DNA from: Schmidtea polychroa | Taxonomy: Eukaryota | Length of the DNA: 60,000 bases | Reading direction: 5' to 3' | Assembly: GCA_044892525.1 (NCBI GenBank) | Contig: CM097885.1 | Span: forward strand, 22,880,001 to 22,940,000 | Shown here: piece by piece, positions 39,880 through 55,100 of the stretch | How the letters are laid out: each line of letters starts with the position of its first letter | Numbering within the stretch: the stretch's first letter is position 1 | The notes under the pieces: generated by a model | Databases searched by the model: none | Told to the model about the DNA's origin: nothing | The model's input: the letters and a program-made list of their open reading frames with translations, nothing else | Translations under genes and position numbers: made by a program

Positions 39880-40311
39880 TTGATTTTTAATAAATCAATA
39901 TGTGTTTGTCCGAATACAGCCAAGTTGATGGATATTTTATATATTCTCGATAAACCAAAATGGTCAAAGCATCCAGGAAAAAGAATATCTCAAAGATTGG
40001 AGAATTTAGAAAACAGTTATGAACTAACATTTGAATATATACAAAATATAAAAATTAAATTGATTGATCATATTGAGGTTTTCAATAACTCTATTACTGA
40101 AAATAAAAAGAATATGAAGATTATTGATAAGAAGCATGATTATTTGTTAAAAAAGATTGAATTATTATTAAGAGAAATTCAAACAATCAAAGGATCAATA
40201 GAATATCTAAAAATCAATTCAACGTTACCAATTTCTAACAATAATGCTGCGAATAGAAGTGCATCAATATTTAGTTTACCTTTGTTAATTTTACATTATT
40301 TTATTGTTTAA
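39880..40311 (+). pseudogene. 5'-truncated TIR copy of the coiled-coil/GPI-type gene
   Basis: Protein identical to 19475-19975 from FNKS onward but lacks the signal peptide; the ORF opens on TTG. Confidence 0.7.
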
Positions 40312-40436
40312 ATAAATGTATGTTTTGTTGATTTGTTGAGCGTGACCAGTACCCTTGTGAGCATTACCCATAGGGGGACAAAATATTTTGTCGGATAGAC
40401 TCAGAGTATATAGACTCGGTGTATATAGATTAATAC

Positions 40437-40493
<57 letters not shown>

Positions 40494-41438
40494 GATATAT
40501 GGCTCATTCGAAAGGTCTTGGATTGAGCTTTAAAATGAGCTATCGATTATTAATTTTCGTTGGCGGGAACTTTGAAAAAATTAAAAATAAAATAATAATA
40601 TTTTTAAAAATAATAATAAAAATAATAATATTTTTTAAAAATAATAATATGACCTTGATGAGTCATCGCGATGACTCATATGACCTTGGGAATGACCTTG
40701 GATGAGTCATGTGACCTTGAAAATGACCTTGATGAGTCATAGGATGACTCAGATGACCTTGAAAATGACCTTGAAAATTTTGATGAGTCATCGGATGAGT
40801 CATATGACCTTGAGAATGACCTTGATGAGTCATAAGATGAGTCATATGACCTTGAAAAAAATTTCTCAAGGTCAAATGAGTCATACTATGAGTCATATGA
40901 CCTTGAAAATGACTTTGATGAGTCATACTATGAGTCATGTGACCTTGAAAATGCCCTTGATGAGTCATATTATGAGTCATATGGCCTTGAAAAAAATTTT
41001 TCAAGGTCAAATGAGTCATACTATGAGTCATACGACCTTGAAAATGACCTTGATGAGTCATACCATGAGTCATATGACCTTGAAAATGACCTTGATGAGA
41101 CATGGTCTTTGTTTAAATGACCTTGAGAAAATTTTTTTGACCTTGATGAGTCATATTGTGAGTCATATGACCTTGAAAATGACCTTGATGAGTCATCGGA
41201 TGAGTCATGGTCTTTGTTTAAATGACCTTGAAAAATTTTATGAGTCATAGGATGACTCATGGTCTTTGTTTCAATGACCTTGATGAGTCATATGTCTTTG
41301 TTTAAATTTGACCTTGAAAAAAAATGTACTTTTAGACTTAGAATATTTTTGAAAATCTTACCGACGGGGGGGAGGGGGGAGGGGGGGGGGGTACTGTGCT
41401 AGCGGTGCCCTGTGCCAGCGGTGCCCAATCCATCTACT
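39885..41438 (-). repeat. Right terminal inverted repeat (1554 bp)
   Basis: Reverse complement of 18199-19901. Confidence 0.95.
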
Positions 41439-41444
41439 CATATT

Positions 41445-42360
41445 GATACAAGTTTGGCAATCAAAGACAGAAGTATCTCTTGTCTCTTCAATCCAATCGG
41501 CGGAAATGAAAAAAATCCATAATGTTAACAATAAAGCTCGACAAAAAAATCATAAAATTAAACGCTTTAATTGACTATAATAAGAACATGAAAGGGGTCG
41601 ATCAGTATTTGTCCTACTATAGCATTTTACAAAAAACAGTAAAGTGTACAAAGCGTGCAGCTATGTATATGATAAATTGCGCACTTTTCAATACATATGT
41701 GGTATATGATTACTGTTCTTATTTTTTTATGTAAAATTGTTTGTGAAAAATATTAAAATTAAAAATTGATTATTTTCATTCAATTTTTCATTTTTACTTC
41801 ATTATTTTATATTTACGTGTTTAAAAAATGTAGTTTTTTTAAAACAATAATCATAAAGTTCATATTTGAGTATAAAATAACATAAAATCTCCTTTAAAAA
41901 ACGAAGTAGTTTTCGGTTTATTGAGATTTTACTGAATGACTTAATATCCGCGAGTTTCACGAAAAAACGCCCGCTACAGGCATATGTTCACACAATAATA
42001 TACCCGCAAACAATGTGTTAAAACTGGCACGGACTGCATTTTTTTAGAAATTACGATCTATTTTTGAGATTGACTTGGTGACACATTATCAATGCCATTA
42101 TTAACACAAACATAAAATGATATCAATAGCAAATAATAGGTCTTGTTCAATATGCATTGTCGAATTTTAACAAATACAAATTCATAGCTATTATGGTTTC
42201 TGTAAAGAAACAAAAAGAAAGTAAAATTATATTTCAAATAAAAAATAAGTTGTGTTTAATAAAAATGAATCAAATTATAAGTTTCAAATGTACTACATTT
42301 GACTGGCTTTGAAAAAAATGACACCCAAACAAAATTCCGATTAGTGAATTGGATGAGAGA
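41445..42360 (+). pseudogene. Right part of the interrupted repeat with piggyBac transposase remnant
   Basis: LIDYNKNMKGVDQYLSYY...K..K.TK......INCALFNTYVVY is a piggyBac C-terminal catalytic motif; inverted match to ~46115-46888. Confidence 0.8.
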
Positions 42361-42511
42361 GCTTGATTGTAAAAAAAATTGCATTATAAAGAATTATGTT
42401 AGTTAATTAAAGTCTTTGATTTTGTGATTTTAGTTATTTTTTATGTTTTTGGTTCTTCTTGCATTGACATAAGTATTGATCTGTTTTAATGTCTTTAATA
42501 GTAATAATAAT

Positions 42512-42584
<73 letters not shown>

Positions 42585-43150
42585 TAAATTATAATAATAA
42601 CTTTTTTGAAAATTTTTAATTTCCAAAATTTCTTTCAAAATATTAATAAAAGTAATTCAAAGTAATTTCTTAATTAGGTGATTTTGCGTAATATTAAATA
42701 TTTAATAGCATTGAGTACGCTTATCGAAATTTTAATTTTGAGAGAATGTAAGAGTGAGATATGGAGTTTTAGAAACTGTTTTACAATTAGTTTTTACACA
42801 TTGATTTGCTGTCTAAATCAATTTCTGAGATTTTCTACTGAACTACAACACCTTTAACAATGATTTATCTCAACATTTTTTTGAATTATTAAATTATTCT
42901 TAATCATTTTTATATTCTGGAATAAAAGATTTTAAGGTTTTAATTAATCTGAAAAGTTTTTGTAATAAAGAAATCAACTTGTTTAAAAATATAGCTAAAA
43001 TTGTAAAAATTAAATGTTGCCTAAGATCCATTTAATAATTTTGTTTTATTTTGTTAATTAAATAAATTTGTTTTTTAAATTTTTAATATTTGATATATAA
43101 GATTATTTTAATTTTCCGTGTAAAAATAGATTTTTTAACATTTAAAAAGA

Positions 43151-46100
43151 ATGACATCATCAAATAATTGTGATTTCAGAAAATTAGCTGCCGAAGTAGC
43201 TGAAGTAGTAAAATAATTGAAAATTTAATTTAACTGTTAGTTTAGGCTGATAACGAAAGAGAAAGAGAAATGAAAACGCGAACAGAAGCTCAGTTATTGA
43301 AATTAGAAATTGATCAACAAAATACTGAAGTATTAAAATGCATTTAACTATTTCATATCATGTATTTTTATTAAGGATGATAGTCAAGAACTAACAAATT
43401 ATACAGCAAATGCTGCCACTAATTCTGTGGTATTTCATTATTATAAATAAATTTTTACTTTTTTTAACGTTGATTAATAAAGATATCTGATTCATCATTT
43501 TCATCGAAATATAATTCACGAACTTCTTCTGTCGAACCAATGTCAGCTGATGTAAAAATAAAACAATTGGAAGAGCAAAACAAAGAATATAAATTATCCT
43601 ATATTCAATTAGTTGATCAAAAGGAAGCGTTAATGTAAGGTTTTAATGAATATTTTTTGCATACAAGTTTATTGCCAAACCTTAAATTAATTAAATATAA
43701 ATAATAATTTGTAATTTATAATGTTTTAATTATTCCTTTAATGAAATTTTAATTGTTAATGATATATTTATGAAAGTTTAAATTAAACTAAATTCAAAAC
43801 AAAGAAACTTGAACATGATTTTATTTTTAAAAATGTTAAATATATTTTCCTCGACTTTTAAAATGCTATATTATTATGAGTTTTCATTTTACTTGTTCTT
43901 GCTTTTACAGTTTTCAAAGAGCATTTATTGTCTATTCTCTTTGTTGTTTTTTTCTCGTTAAGTCTCAGCTTGGATGAGTTATCTTTTAAGGTTTTTCGCT
44001 TGTTTAGGGAATTATTAATTTGTAAAACGTTTTCAATACAGTCACAATAGCCATAACATTTATTTAAGTATGTCCGTGCCTCCCCCCCACACACACACAC
44101 ACGCACTTGCCAGCCTCTTATATAACATATGATAATAACAGTCATAGAATAGAAAGGCTTATCCCAGCGAGTATTTCCAAATGAATCAAATAAGTCGGAA
44201 ATATAGCTTTAAATCAGGGGTCCTCAAACTACGGCCCGTGGGTTACATACGGCCCACCATGTAAATTCTAATTTGTTCTTTTTTTGTTATTACTGATTGA
44301 AACCATTGTTAAATTCAAAAAAATGTATGTTAAACATATTCCCGCTTATAATTTTGCCGTACTGTTGTGGTGGTAACATACTGACGCAACGACTCGTTTC
44401 ATTTACGAAGCTAGAATCGAGAGCTCCAGTTTAGTATATGGAACTCGTTAATAGCGTGCACTGGCAAGCCATTCGTGGAGGACGATTTGTTAAAGAATGC
44501 CTTCTTTCCGTTGCCAGAGAAGGCCAAGTCTTTCAGGACAAACATGTACAAGTTTGTTTAAAGTTTAAACAAACACAATAAATGGAAAATCCAGTATTAA
44601 TCCACGCGTCTGATTTCATGATCTTGGAGATTCTTTCAAATTATTCCTATTTTGCGACCTTATTTTCTTTTATCTAATCTTAATTTCCCTTTAAACCTCC
44701 AAATGAATTACTGTTGACAACTTTGGGTCTTATGACGGTATAATCCGTTTGATAATAATAATCTTAACTGTGTGAGTCTAAAACTTAAAATATCAAGCAC
44801 TCGACACCAACGGATATAGTTATTGGGTCTTTTCTTCATTTCCTAGTATAGAGGACTGTGAATAAAATGCAAAAAATACAAAATATGCAAAAAAATACAA
44901 AATATGCAAAAAAGGTAAACTTAATAACACGGAATGTGTACTTAGAATACAAAAAAAATTAAAAGTTAACAATCGATTTGAAAAAACTTCAATATCAAGC
45001 ATGATGTTTAGGGCGAGTAATTTACAAAAAAAATGCAAAAAATAGCAATAAAAATGCAAAATATTCAAAAAAATACAAAATATGCAAAAAATACAGAAAT
45101 TGCAAAAAATACAAATTATGTAAAAAATACAAAATATGCAAAAAAATACAAATTATGCAAAAAATACAAAATATGCAAAAAATACAAATTATGCAAAAAA
45201 AAATACAAATTATGCAAAAAAAAATACAAATTATGCAAAAAATACAAAATATGCAAAAAAATACAAATTATGCAAAAAAATACAAATTATGCAAAAAATA
45301 CAAAATATGCAAAAAAAATACAAAATATGCAAAAAAATACAAATTATGCAAAAAATACAAAATATGCAAAAAATACAAAATATGCAAAAAAATACAAATT
45401 ATGCAAAAAATACAAAATATGCAAAAAATACAAAATATGCAAAAAATACAAAATATGCAAAAAAATACAAATTATGCAAAAAAAATACAAATTATGCAAA
45501 AAATACAAAATATGCAAAAAAATACAAAATATGCAAAAAAATACAAATTATGCAAAAAATACAAATTATGCAAAAAATACAAAATATGCAAAAAATATTT
45601 TCATTTATAAAATTTCAGTAAAAGTTAATTGTTTGAATTTTAACGATATTCAATTCTTTTTAAATTTTTCATCCATGGTCAAAAACAAAAAAAACGGTCC
45701 TCGACAATATTAAACGATTTGTGCGTTAATTCAAAGGTGAGTTTTCTTGTCATCCGACACAAAAATTGTTTTGCAACTTGTGCAGATCACAGTCGTAAAA
45801 TATGAATTTCCATCGACATTTGTTTGTTCATCCTCCTCTATATTCCAAAAGCTTTAAAAATCTTTTATACATCGAAATGGAGACTGAATAAAAACCTCCT
45901 TTATTCACCGCTTTATGATTAGAAAATTTATAAAATATTGATATTCCTTTCTCCTTAAATTTGTGAAAGTCACAAATTACACAGCGCCCTTGGATTATAC
46001 ATTCCCGAACAAAAACCATAAAACTGCCCTATTAGTCGCTTTTTTTCCAATCACCCGACAAATTGTTTCCTACAAATAAAATGCTATCAAAATCAATACT

Positions 46101-49100
46101 GCTTTGTTGTCAAACTTTCTCATCCAATTCACTAATCGGAATTTTGTTTGGGTGTCATTTTTTTCAAAGCCAGTCAAATGTAGTACATTTGAAACTTATA
46201 ATTTGATTCATTTTTATTAAACACAACTTATTTTTTATTTGAAATATAATTTCACTTTCTTTTTGTTTCTTTACAGAAACCATAATAGCTATGAATTTGT
46301 ATTTGTTAAAATTCGACAATGCATATTGAACAAGACCTATTATTTGCTATTGATATCATTTTATGTTTGTGTTAATAATGGCATTGATAATGTGTCACCA
46401 AGTCAATCTCAAAAATATATCGTATTTTCTAAAAAATGCAGTCCGTGCCAGTTTTAACACATTGTTTACGGGTATATTATATGTCTGTAGCGGGCGTTTT
46501 TTCGTGAAATTCGCGGATATTAAGTCATTCAGTAATATCGCAATAAACCGAAAACTACTTCGTTTTTTAAACGAGATTTTATGTTATTTTATACTCAAAT
46601 ATGAACTTTAAGAACAGTAATCATATACCACATATGTATTGAAAAGTGCGCAATTTATCATATACATAGCTGCACGCTTTGTACACTTTGTACGCTTTTT
46701 TGTAAAATGCTATAGTAGGACAAATACTGATCGACCCCTTTCATGTTCTTATTATAGTCAATTAAAGCGTTTGGTTTTATGATTTTTTTTGTCGAGCTTT
46801 ACTGTTAACATTATGGCTTTTTTTCATTTCCGCCGATTAGATTGAAGAGACAAAAGATACTTCTGTCTTTGATTGCCAAACTTGTATCAATATGCCTTTT
46901 TTCTGCAGAAGATTGGTTCCTGTAATGTAACTACTATGTTATGTAACTGTTCTTATTTGGGTTATTTGCGTAATTATTATTATTAACATTATGAATTGGA
47001 ATTTTGACAATACATAATATTTAAAAAATACATTTTGCAGTGATTTGAATATAAATACTTGGCATAAATCTGTGTAAAACACAAATCCTCCTTTACATCG
47101 CGATTATCACAACGCACATTTTCCCTTGAAATGGCCTTACGAACATTCTGGTCTTCTGTGGTAAAGCGATATAGAAGACATACGCACTTACAATGACCTG
47201 TATTTATACGAAACCCGCTTTCCACCACAAGTCTACTAAAAACGTACTTAAGTGACAGATAGCAAAAAAACGTTAAATGATGACGATGGAAATAGAACAT
47301 ACGATGGACAGAATATAGTGGGACTTAAACTGCTTCTTGGATATAAGCTTTTTTCAAATATAGCCTTTTCTGTCAGTTTATTGATAAATTTATGTGAATC
47401 AAAAACTGAATACATCTTTCAACGCATAAAACACAAATTCTCCTTTACATTGCGATTATCACAACGCGCATTTTCCCTTGAAATGGCCTTATGAACATTC
47501 TGGTCTTCTGTGGTAAAACGATATAAAAAACATACACACTTTTTCTACCGCAAGTCTACTAAAATCGTGCTTAAGTGACAGATAGCAAAAAACGTTAAAT
47601 GATGAAGATGGAAATAGGACATACGATGGACAGAATATAGTGGGACTTGAACTGCTTCTTGGTTATAAGCTTTTTTCAAATATAGCCTTTTCTGTTAGCT
47701 TATTGATAAATTTATGTGAAACAAAAACTGAATACATCTTTCAACGCATAATTCAATTCATTCATCAAAGCACAAACAATTATTTAGTAAATAACTCGAT
47801 AGATCAAATAGTAATATTTACATAAGCTGCTTAACAACTGTAATCTACTAATTTCTGACAAATAAAATTTACAATTCAGATATCAAAACAGTCTTATAAG
47901 CGACCAAATGGACGATTTGAGAGAAGAATTGCGCAAAATAATAAAAGAGTTGGCAGAGAAAAGAAAAGAGTGCTCCTATCAAAAATGCCAAATTGATGAA
48001 TTAACCATACGGTGTAATTTTCTAAAATCGGAAGTCTGTATCCGTGATCAGCTGATAGTTGACAACAACTTGATCATGCTGGATGACAACGATTTCAGTG
48101 GGGAAAATAACAACAAATTATCCGATGGTAATCCGTCAGATAGTCCTAGGAATTCAGAACAAAATCCTGAAACGAAAATCAATGGTACAGCATTATTACC
48201 AAAGGATTTGGTGGAGCAATTAAAAGAGTTATCAGAGAATTCATTAGGTTAGTACTATACAATCCTCCATTTCCTTTCTTTTCATTTATTGCATTACATT
48301 GGAATTTTCAGCCTTGCATTTGGTAATAGATATTTTCACAGTGCTATTTTAATCAATATTGATCAGAATTGTGTTTATGGAAAAATTTATGGAAAAAATT
48401 AGTGGCGGAGAAAGTTGAAAACATCGACGAAACTTGCTTGACATTTTGATAATAATTGATAGTTGGGTTATTTTAGGGGTATTTGTGTGTTGTTTAAATA
48501 GTTGAGATTTTGGCGCGCGTATTTAAAAGATAAATTTTTTAATTTATGAAGGAAATCAAACAATTGGTAAAATTTTTTGGCATTATCGATTTTTTAAATT
48601 GGGATTTTCTCGATGAAATACTCGTTATTTCTGTAAATTATAGGTCTGTGAATTGTATGTTACTATTAATAGATTTTGTATGTGTGTAGATTAGGCATGT
48701 TTGCATCCAATCAAATTGTGCTTTGTATGTTACTAATAATAGATTCTGTATGTGTGTAGATTTTGCGGATGGATCTCTTATGTATTTGCACTGCATCGGA
48801 TTTATGTTACTATTAATAGATTTCTTGGTGTGTAAATTTCCCATTTGTGTATCCAATCAAATTATGGATTTGCATTGCATCGGATTTCTATGTTACTATT
48901 AATAGATTTCTTCGCGTGTCAATTATCCATGTATGTATCTAATAATATAATTTGTATGTGTGTAGATTAGGCATGTGTGCATTCAATCAAATTGGGCTTT
49001 GTGTGTTACTAATAATAGATTCTGTATGTGTGTAGATTTTGCGGATGGACCTCCAGTCAAATTATGTATTTGTACTGCATCGGAATTATATGTTACTATC

Positions 49101-52100
49101 TTCGTGTGTCAATTATTCATGTATGTATCCAATCAAATTGGGCTTCAGTATTGCATCTGAATTGTATGCTACTATTAATAAAATTTGAATGTGTGCAAAT
49201 TATGCGGATGTAATTCCAATTACTTGGTCTCGCGGGTAAATTTTATATATGAGCGACCCCTTCTCAAAAATGAAGAAATGATACATGGAATATTTATTTC
49301 TTCAATATATTCAATAATATTTTTTATTCTTAATTCCTACAAACTTTTTTTACTACTAATTCGTCGAATATATCAAAATGTATCTGTTTTATGACCTCGT
49401 GTTCAATTGAAAACATTTTGATGTCGAAAACTTGCCCTAGCTAGTAATAACTGTTAGAAATATGAAAGCGAGGGCCTTGGGAAAAATCCCTGAAGTCCCG
49501 ATCTCTAACCGGGTTCTGTTTAGTTCACTAATGTCACTCATATTTGGCGTTGTCACTGACTATTATTGACTTAAGCTGAAACAGTAACAATCGCACTCGT
49601 TTCGTTTCTTTCAAAATATGTTTCTTACTTTTATTTTCAACAAGAAATTCGATAAAAATTACTTGTATCACTTCGCCTTTATAATCTCCTTTACTAATGA
49701 CATCAAAGTACTGATATTTCATATTCTTTGGCAACAATACCTCCAAAGATCATCTTACAAACTTGTATTGATATAATTCTTTATGGCTTGATTTTTTGCA
49801 CTATCTTTCTATATCTGTAACTGCCACAAGTAAGATGCGAGGTAGTTATTTGTCCTTGACCAAATCGTTACCAAACTTTTCTTGGAAACTTAAATAGGCA
49901 AATAAACCTTTAAAAGTAGAAAGAAATTATAATAAACAAAACTCATTTCCTCATCGCCACCAACATTCCATTTTGAAAGGGAAAAGATAAATTTATTCAA
50001 ACAAAATGTTGGGTTATTATTTTCCAAGTCACTTTTCTCTAACTCCTCGTGTTCTTATTTAAACAAATGAATCGAAACCCAACCCAGAATAACTTTATTA
50101 AACTTCAATCAAAATTACAATTCATCACTAAATTTGCACCTTTCTCTTTGAATAAATATCGCTCGATAAGGTAGACAACCCAAGAGGCAATCACCTTTAA
50201 TTTCTGGTACTAGAATTAAACTTTACTTTTAATCACTGGATTTCGTTCTCCAATCGCTGATTGTCTTATTTGCCAAATTTCTCTCTTGTTTCTTCTACCA
50301 ACTGGCGACCTGCCTGTTTTTGAGCTCTCCTTTTATACCTTTTCTGAAAGGGCAATTATCTACAGAATTGGGATTATTGCACACAATTATCTCTCGAGAA
50401 TCTTAGGTAAACCTTTAAGGGTTTTTAAATTATTTCAATTTCTTTGTCCCAGATTGGCGGTCGTGTGAATTCCCTTCCTTATCTAATCGATCGGGTATTA
50501 CTGGGCTTCGGGTTCCCTTCAACACTCGGGCTTCGCATTACAGATTAATTTATTTGTTTTTACGGTATAACTTTCCCTGTGAACCCCGCATTAAATTTTC
50601 ATTATAATTTCTGGATTTGCCTTTCAATTTGGCGTTCTACCATACCCGTCTCCCCCATTCAATATTGATTTATATATATATATACTAACCCCAACCAAAA
50701 AAACAAAAAATCCATAATGAAAAGAAAAGTACATTTACAACGAGTGATTCCTATGGTAGCATAATAAATAGAATAAATATCCTTTATTGGAATCTGAATA
50801 GTCAATCAGTATTTGATAATTTGACAGTGTGACCAATATTTTTACCCGAATTTAAATTCTCCAACCTATCAATCAGTAAAAACAAAATATCGTTTCAGAA
50901 AACTGCATCAGGAAATTGTTTGATCAGCATCAAAAACATCAAGATTATATAAAAAATTTACAGAGAAAGCTAACTGAAGAAAAAGATGAGAATTCTAATA
51001 GAAAAGGCGATTCAAAGAAACGGAACGATGGTGATTATGATTCATTAAAACAGAATTTCCAAAGTAAGCTGCTTGATTTGGATGAAATTGTTAACAATGC
51101 TTAAAATGACAAATTTTCTAATGCTTATGCATTTACCTAAAAATTATACCCTAAATATCAATTTATCATTGTATATCATGTTATATATTCATATATATAT
51201 TTATTTATTTCTCTATATCTATTTTCTCCTGTGGACAAGTTTTGTTTATTGCTTTGATTAATAAATTTTCTAGACATTTTCATAGTTATTGATTTCTTGA
51301 ACATTTATTTTACGCGAATTTATGAACTATTTAATTGTTAAATTATCTATTAGTTTTTCATAAAAATATAAATTCGGACATAGAATTATTTTCGTTGATT
51401 ATTGATTTCTATTAAAAATCGATAATTGTTGAAAATCTTTATTTTACATAAATTTATAATCTCGATCAATATTTTCCTAATTAATTATTAAATTATCTAT
51501 TGGATTTTGATTTAAATTTTCACGAAAATATAAATTCGGACATAGAATTATTTTAGTTGATTTGTGGTTATATATGGTTTCATGGACTAACGTCATCTAT
51601 AATGCAAGCTAGAGCTTCCAAGTCCAGGATATCGAGATTACCTTTTATAATTTTTTGTTGGGGTTTCTTTAAAATTCATTATAAAATTCAATGTTTTAGT
51701 TAATTTATTATTAAGATATGCATATCGTTAATTAGTAATTCATGTATTATAAAAAATATATTGATAAAACGACATTAATGCAGCCTGAAAATTAATAAAT
51801 ATTGATTAAGTTTTTTATTGCTGAAAGTGGCACCTGAAGAAATAGAGCTCGTCCAGAACTTTTTCACATAAAAAATTTCGTAATTTAATACAAAATAACT
51901 TTGCAGGAAAAAGGCTTTTTCTGATTTGATGCTGGTAGGCTTGCGAGGTTTATTAATTTCTTCTTCTGTAATTTACAGTTACACAAAAATAATTTCATCA
52001 ACTTTCTTCCGCAGAGAAAGCCTAGGGAATTCGTAAAGTTCGGTAATTATTGTTTGCAATCCGGTTATGGAATGATTGGATTTTATTTTTTAAAAATCTA

Positions 52101-55100
52101 CAATTAATTTACGGCACTTAGTTGATATTGAAACTAAAATAAACTCTTTGTCGCGCTGAGAAATTCTATTCAAGCCATAGGTACCTATTATATAGGTAAT
52201 ACAAAATATCCAATTAAATCTGTAGGACGTTGCCTTATTCAAACGTAACTATTAGCAATGTTCGGTTATTTCTTCTAACTTCTGTGATAACACTGGCTCT
52301 ATTTGTGTTTATAAAAACGATATCATTATGCCAGTTAACTACATGTTCAACTGGCTTAAAATATAAAATGAAAGCTCAATTGTTAATCGTGAAAGAGGTA
52401 CAATTCAATGCCGTAGTTGGAAGGCCTAATGAAAACCAAATATATGGCTGATATTTTATAAAATTATGAGTTATTTGCGGATTTTTTTAATTTGAAATGA
52501 GTCATGATAATTTTAAACTTAAATATACTTTTATTATATTATTCTCCATTTTTCATTTTTACAGGCTTTTTGCAAAATTAGGCTAATATTTTGTCTTTTC
52601 TCATTTCATCTCCAAATTTTGTAAATTATAGACCCAACAGAACTTTTGAGAATTCTTTGTGGCTTTCCAAAATGAAAGTAGTATCTCGTAATATTTCACC
52701 ATCCTGTAAATTTAGTTCAATAAAGTCTTCGGAATTTGATTCAAAAATTTCATCTGTTAATTTTTTCAAATAATAAAATTTTCAAATGACTGTTATATGC
52801 AGTGCTTAAAGATATTTGAAAGTTTATATGCATTTTTTACTATGTGTAGTGTTTGTGTGTTAATTTATATAACCACTTTCTCATTTTCTATATAAACTAT
52901 GTTATTCGACGAAATAGACAAAATCAACACACTATTAAGTTTGTGTGTTTATATAATGTAAGCTTATACATATTTTTATAGATGACGTTATTCCGCGGAA
53001 CCAGTTGGTACATACATGCATACTAAGGACAAATGATAAAATTTTACGAAATCAACAATATAAAAGATTTTATTTAAATTACTATAGATCAGTGTTTCTC
53101 AAACTATGGGTCGCGACCCATTTTTGGGTCGCGAAAGAATTTTTGGTGGGTCGCGATGACTAGAATAACTAGAGTTAAATAGAGTTATTCTCATTAAATA
53201 AACATTTATTTTAAAATTAATCTTTGTCATGTGGGTCGCAATAAAATTTTTGGCATGAAATGTCAAAAATTTGGGTCGTGATCAAAAAAGTTTGAGAACC
53301 ACTGCTATAGATCAATGTTTTTCTTACTTAACTCAAATTTTAATCAATAATACTAGATAAAGCAGTACAAAAAGTAAGTGTTACATAAAATAACATTGAT
53401 CTATAGACTATAGTCTAAATCTAAACGAAAATAAATAAATATCAAAAATGCACTAAAAGATAAATAATTTTACTACTCTGACTGTTTCTGGAGAATATAC
53501 TCATCATGAAAATTTGGTATATTTTTATTTAATGACAAATTTAATATTATTTCCTCAAAAGTAGCTAAGGAGTTAATATCTTAGTAAAAATATTTTCATA
53601 ATCTCAATGTGCAATTAAAATACCTGTAGCTATGTAACTAAATGTAAAAAAAAATCTGTAAAAAGCAAAAGAAAATGAGAAAAACTTGAATTTTAAATGT
53701 ACACCATTATCATTTATATAATTGGGAATACAATTATCGATCTGATATTGACCAAATGCCAACAATCACATTTGTTATCCTATCTTCCTAACAAATCCTA
53801 AATAAATAAGCTAAAGATTAAAATCTAGTAACATCAAGCTTTTAAATTCTTTTTACAGATTCTTCATATTGCATATACTTACAAAGTCATATAAAAAGCA
53901 TAATAGCTTGATTTATTTAATATTATATATGTTACTGACAAATTATAAGTAAAATATTAAGTAAAATTTATTTTAATTCATCGCTTGAATTCTTATGCTG
54001 TATTTCCCAGAAAATAAAATTAACCCCTAATGTGTTTTTGAGCAGAAAATAATATAAGACCCCGAATAATGAAAAAGTCAGCGTTTAAAAAATTGCAAAA
54101 AATCAAAATATTCTGGAAAAATAAGTATATTGGCGATGTAATCAGCTGGTGAATTAATCAGAAATATATAATGGTTATATTATAGTAAAAATCTAAAACT
54201 CTAAAATATTTTGTAATATTGCTATATCAGATATGTTAATTATTTAGTATTATTTTATATAAATTAGAATAATTCATAAAAAATTAGATTAAGTTTTATT
54301 TTTTTTATAAATTATTAAATCTATTAGTCGTAAATTCTTCCCTAATCTGGCCTAACTTTTAACTTTGGATATCACTGTATCCATTTCTTTCATCCTCTAC
54401 ACAATTTCCCAAGATCAGTGACGTAACTACAAATTTTGGACAAAAGCAAAATTATATTTTGAAATTCCCTTGGCATCTTAATATTTCGAACGAATGAAAT
54501 ACGTTACGAAATAAAATATAATTTAAAAAACTAATTTTTTACTTATAAATAAAAAAAAATTACATTTAAACTTTTAATAATAGTTTAGTCATTTTATACG
54601 GGAATGGATGTTTGTTTTTTCTAATTTTATGTGATTATTTCTGATTAGATATATATCGTAAGCTTAGGCAATACAATATTAATGAATCATCGCTACTCAT
54701 TATTAACATTCCTTCCTTTTTTCAAATACATTAAGATTTAATGAAAAGCTACAAAGTTCAACTTTTGCACTTCATAATTAAGTATTCTAAGTCATCTGCT
54801 GTACAAAATAGTTAGTAATACAGCACATGGTAAAGTTTAAGGGTGCAGAAATGGCTTTTATACTATATATAGCCAAGCCCCCGGCAAAATCTTGTAGTGG
54901 GTTTTCAGAAATGTATCCAAAGTAGAAAATTAGCCGTAGCATTTTAATTTCTTTAAAGTTCCTTATATTGATCACATAGTTAGACATTGAAAATTTGAAT
55001 TTCTCTTGCATTTTTTTTTGGTTTTTACCAATTCGTTTTTAATATTTAAATATAATATTTTCTAGTTTTCAGCAGCTATTTTTTTTATAAAAATTTATCA

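Noticed and set aside
45033..45713. K/Y/C-rich ORFs in three frames
   Set aside because: Translation of an 18-19 bp satellite; no coding signal.
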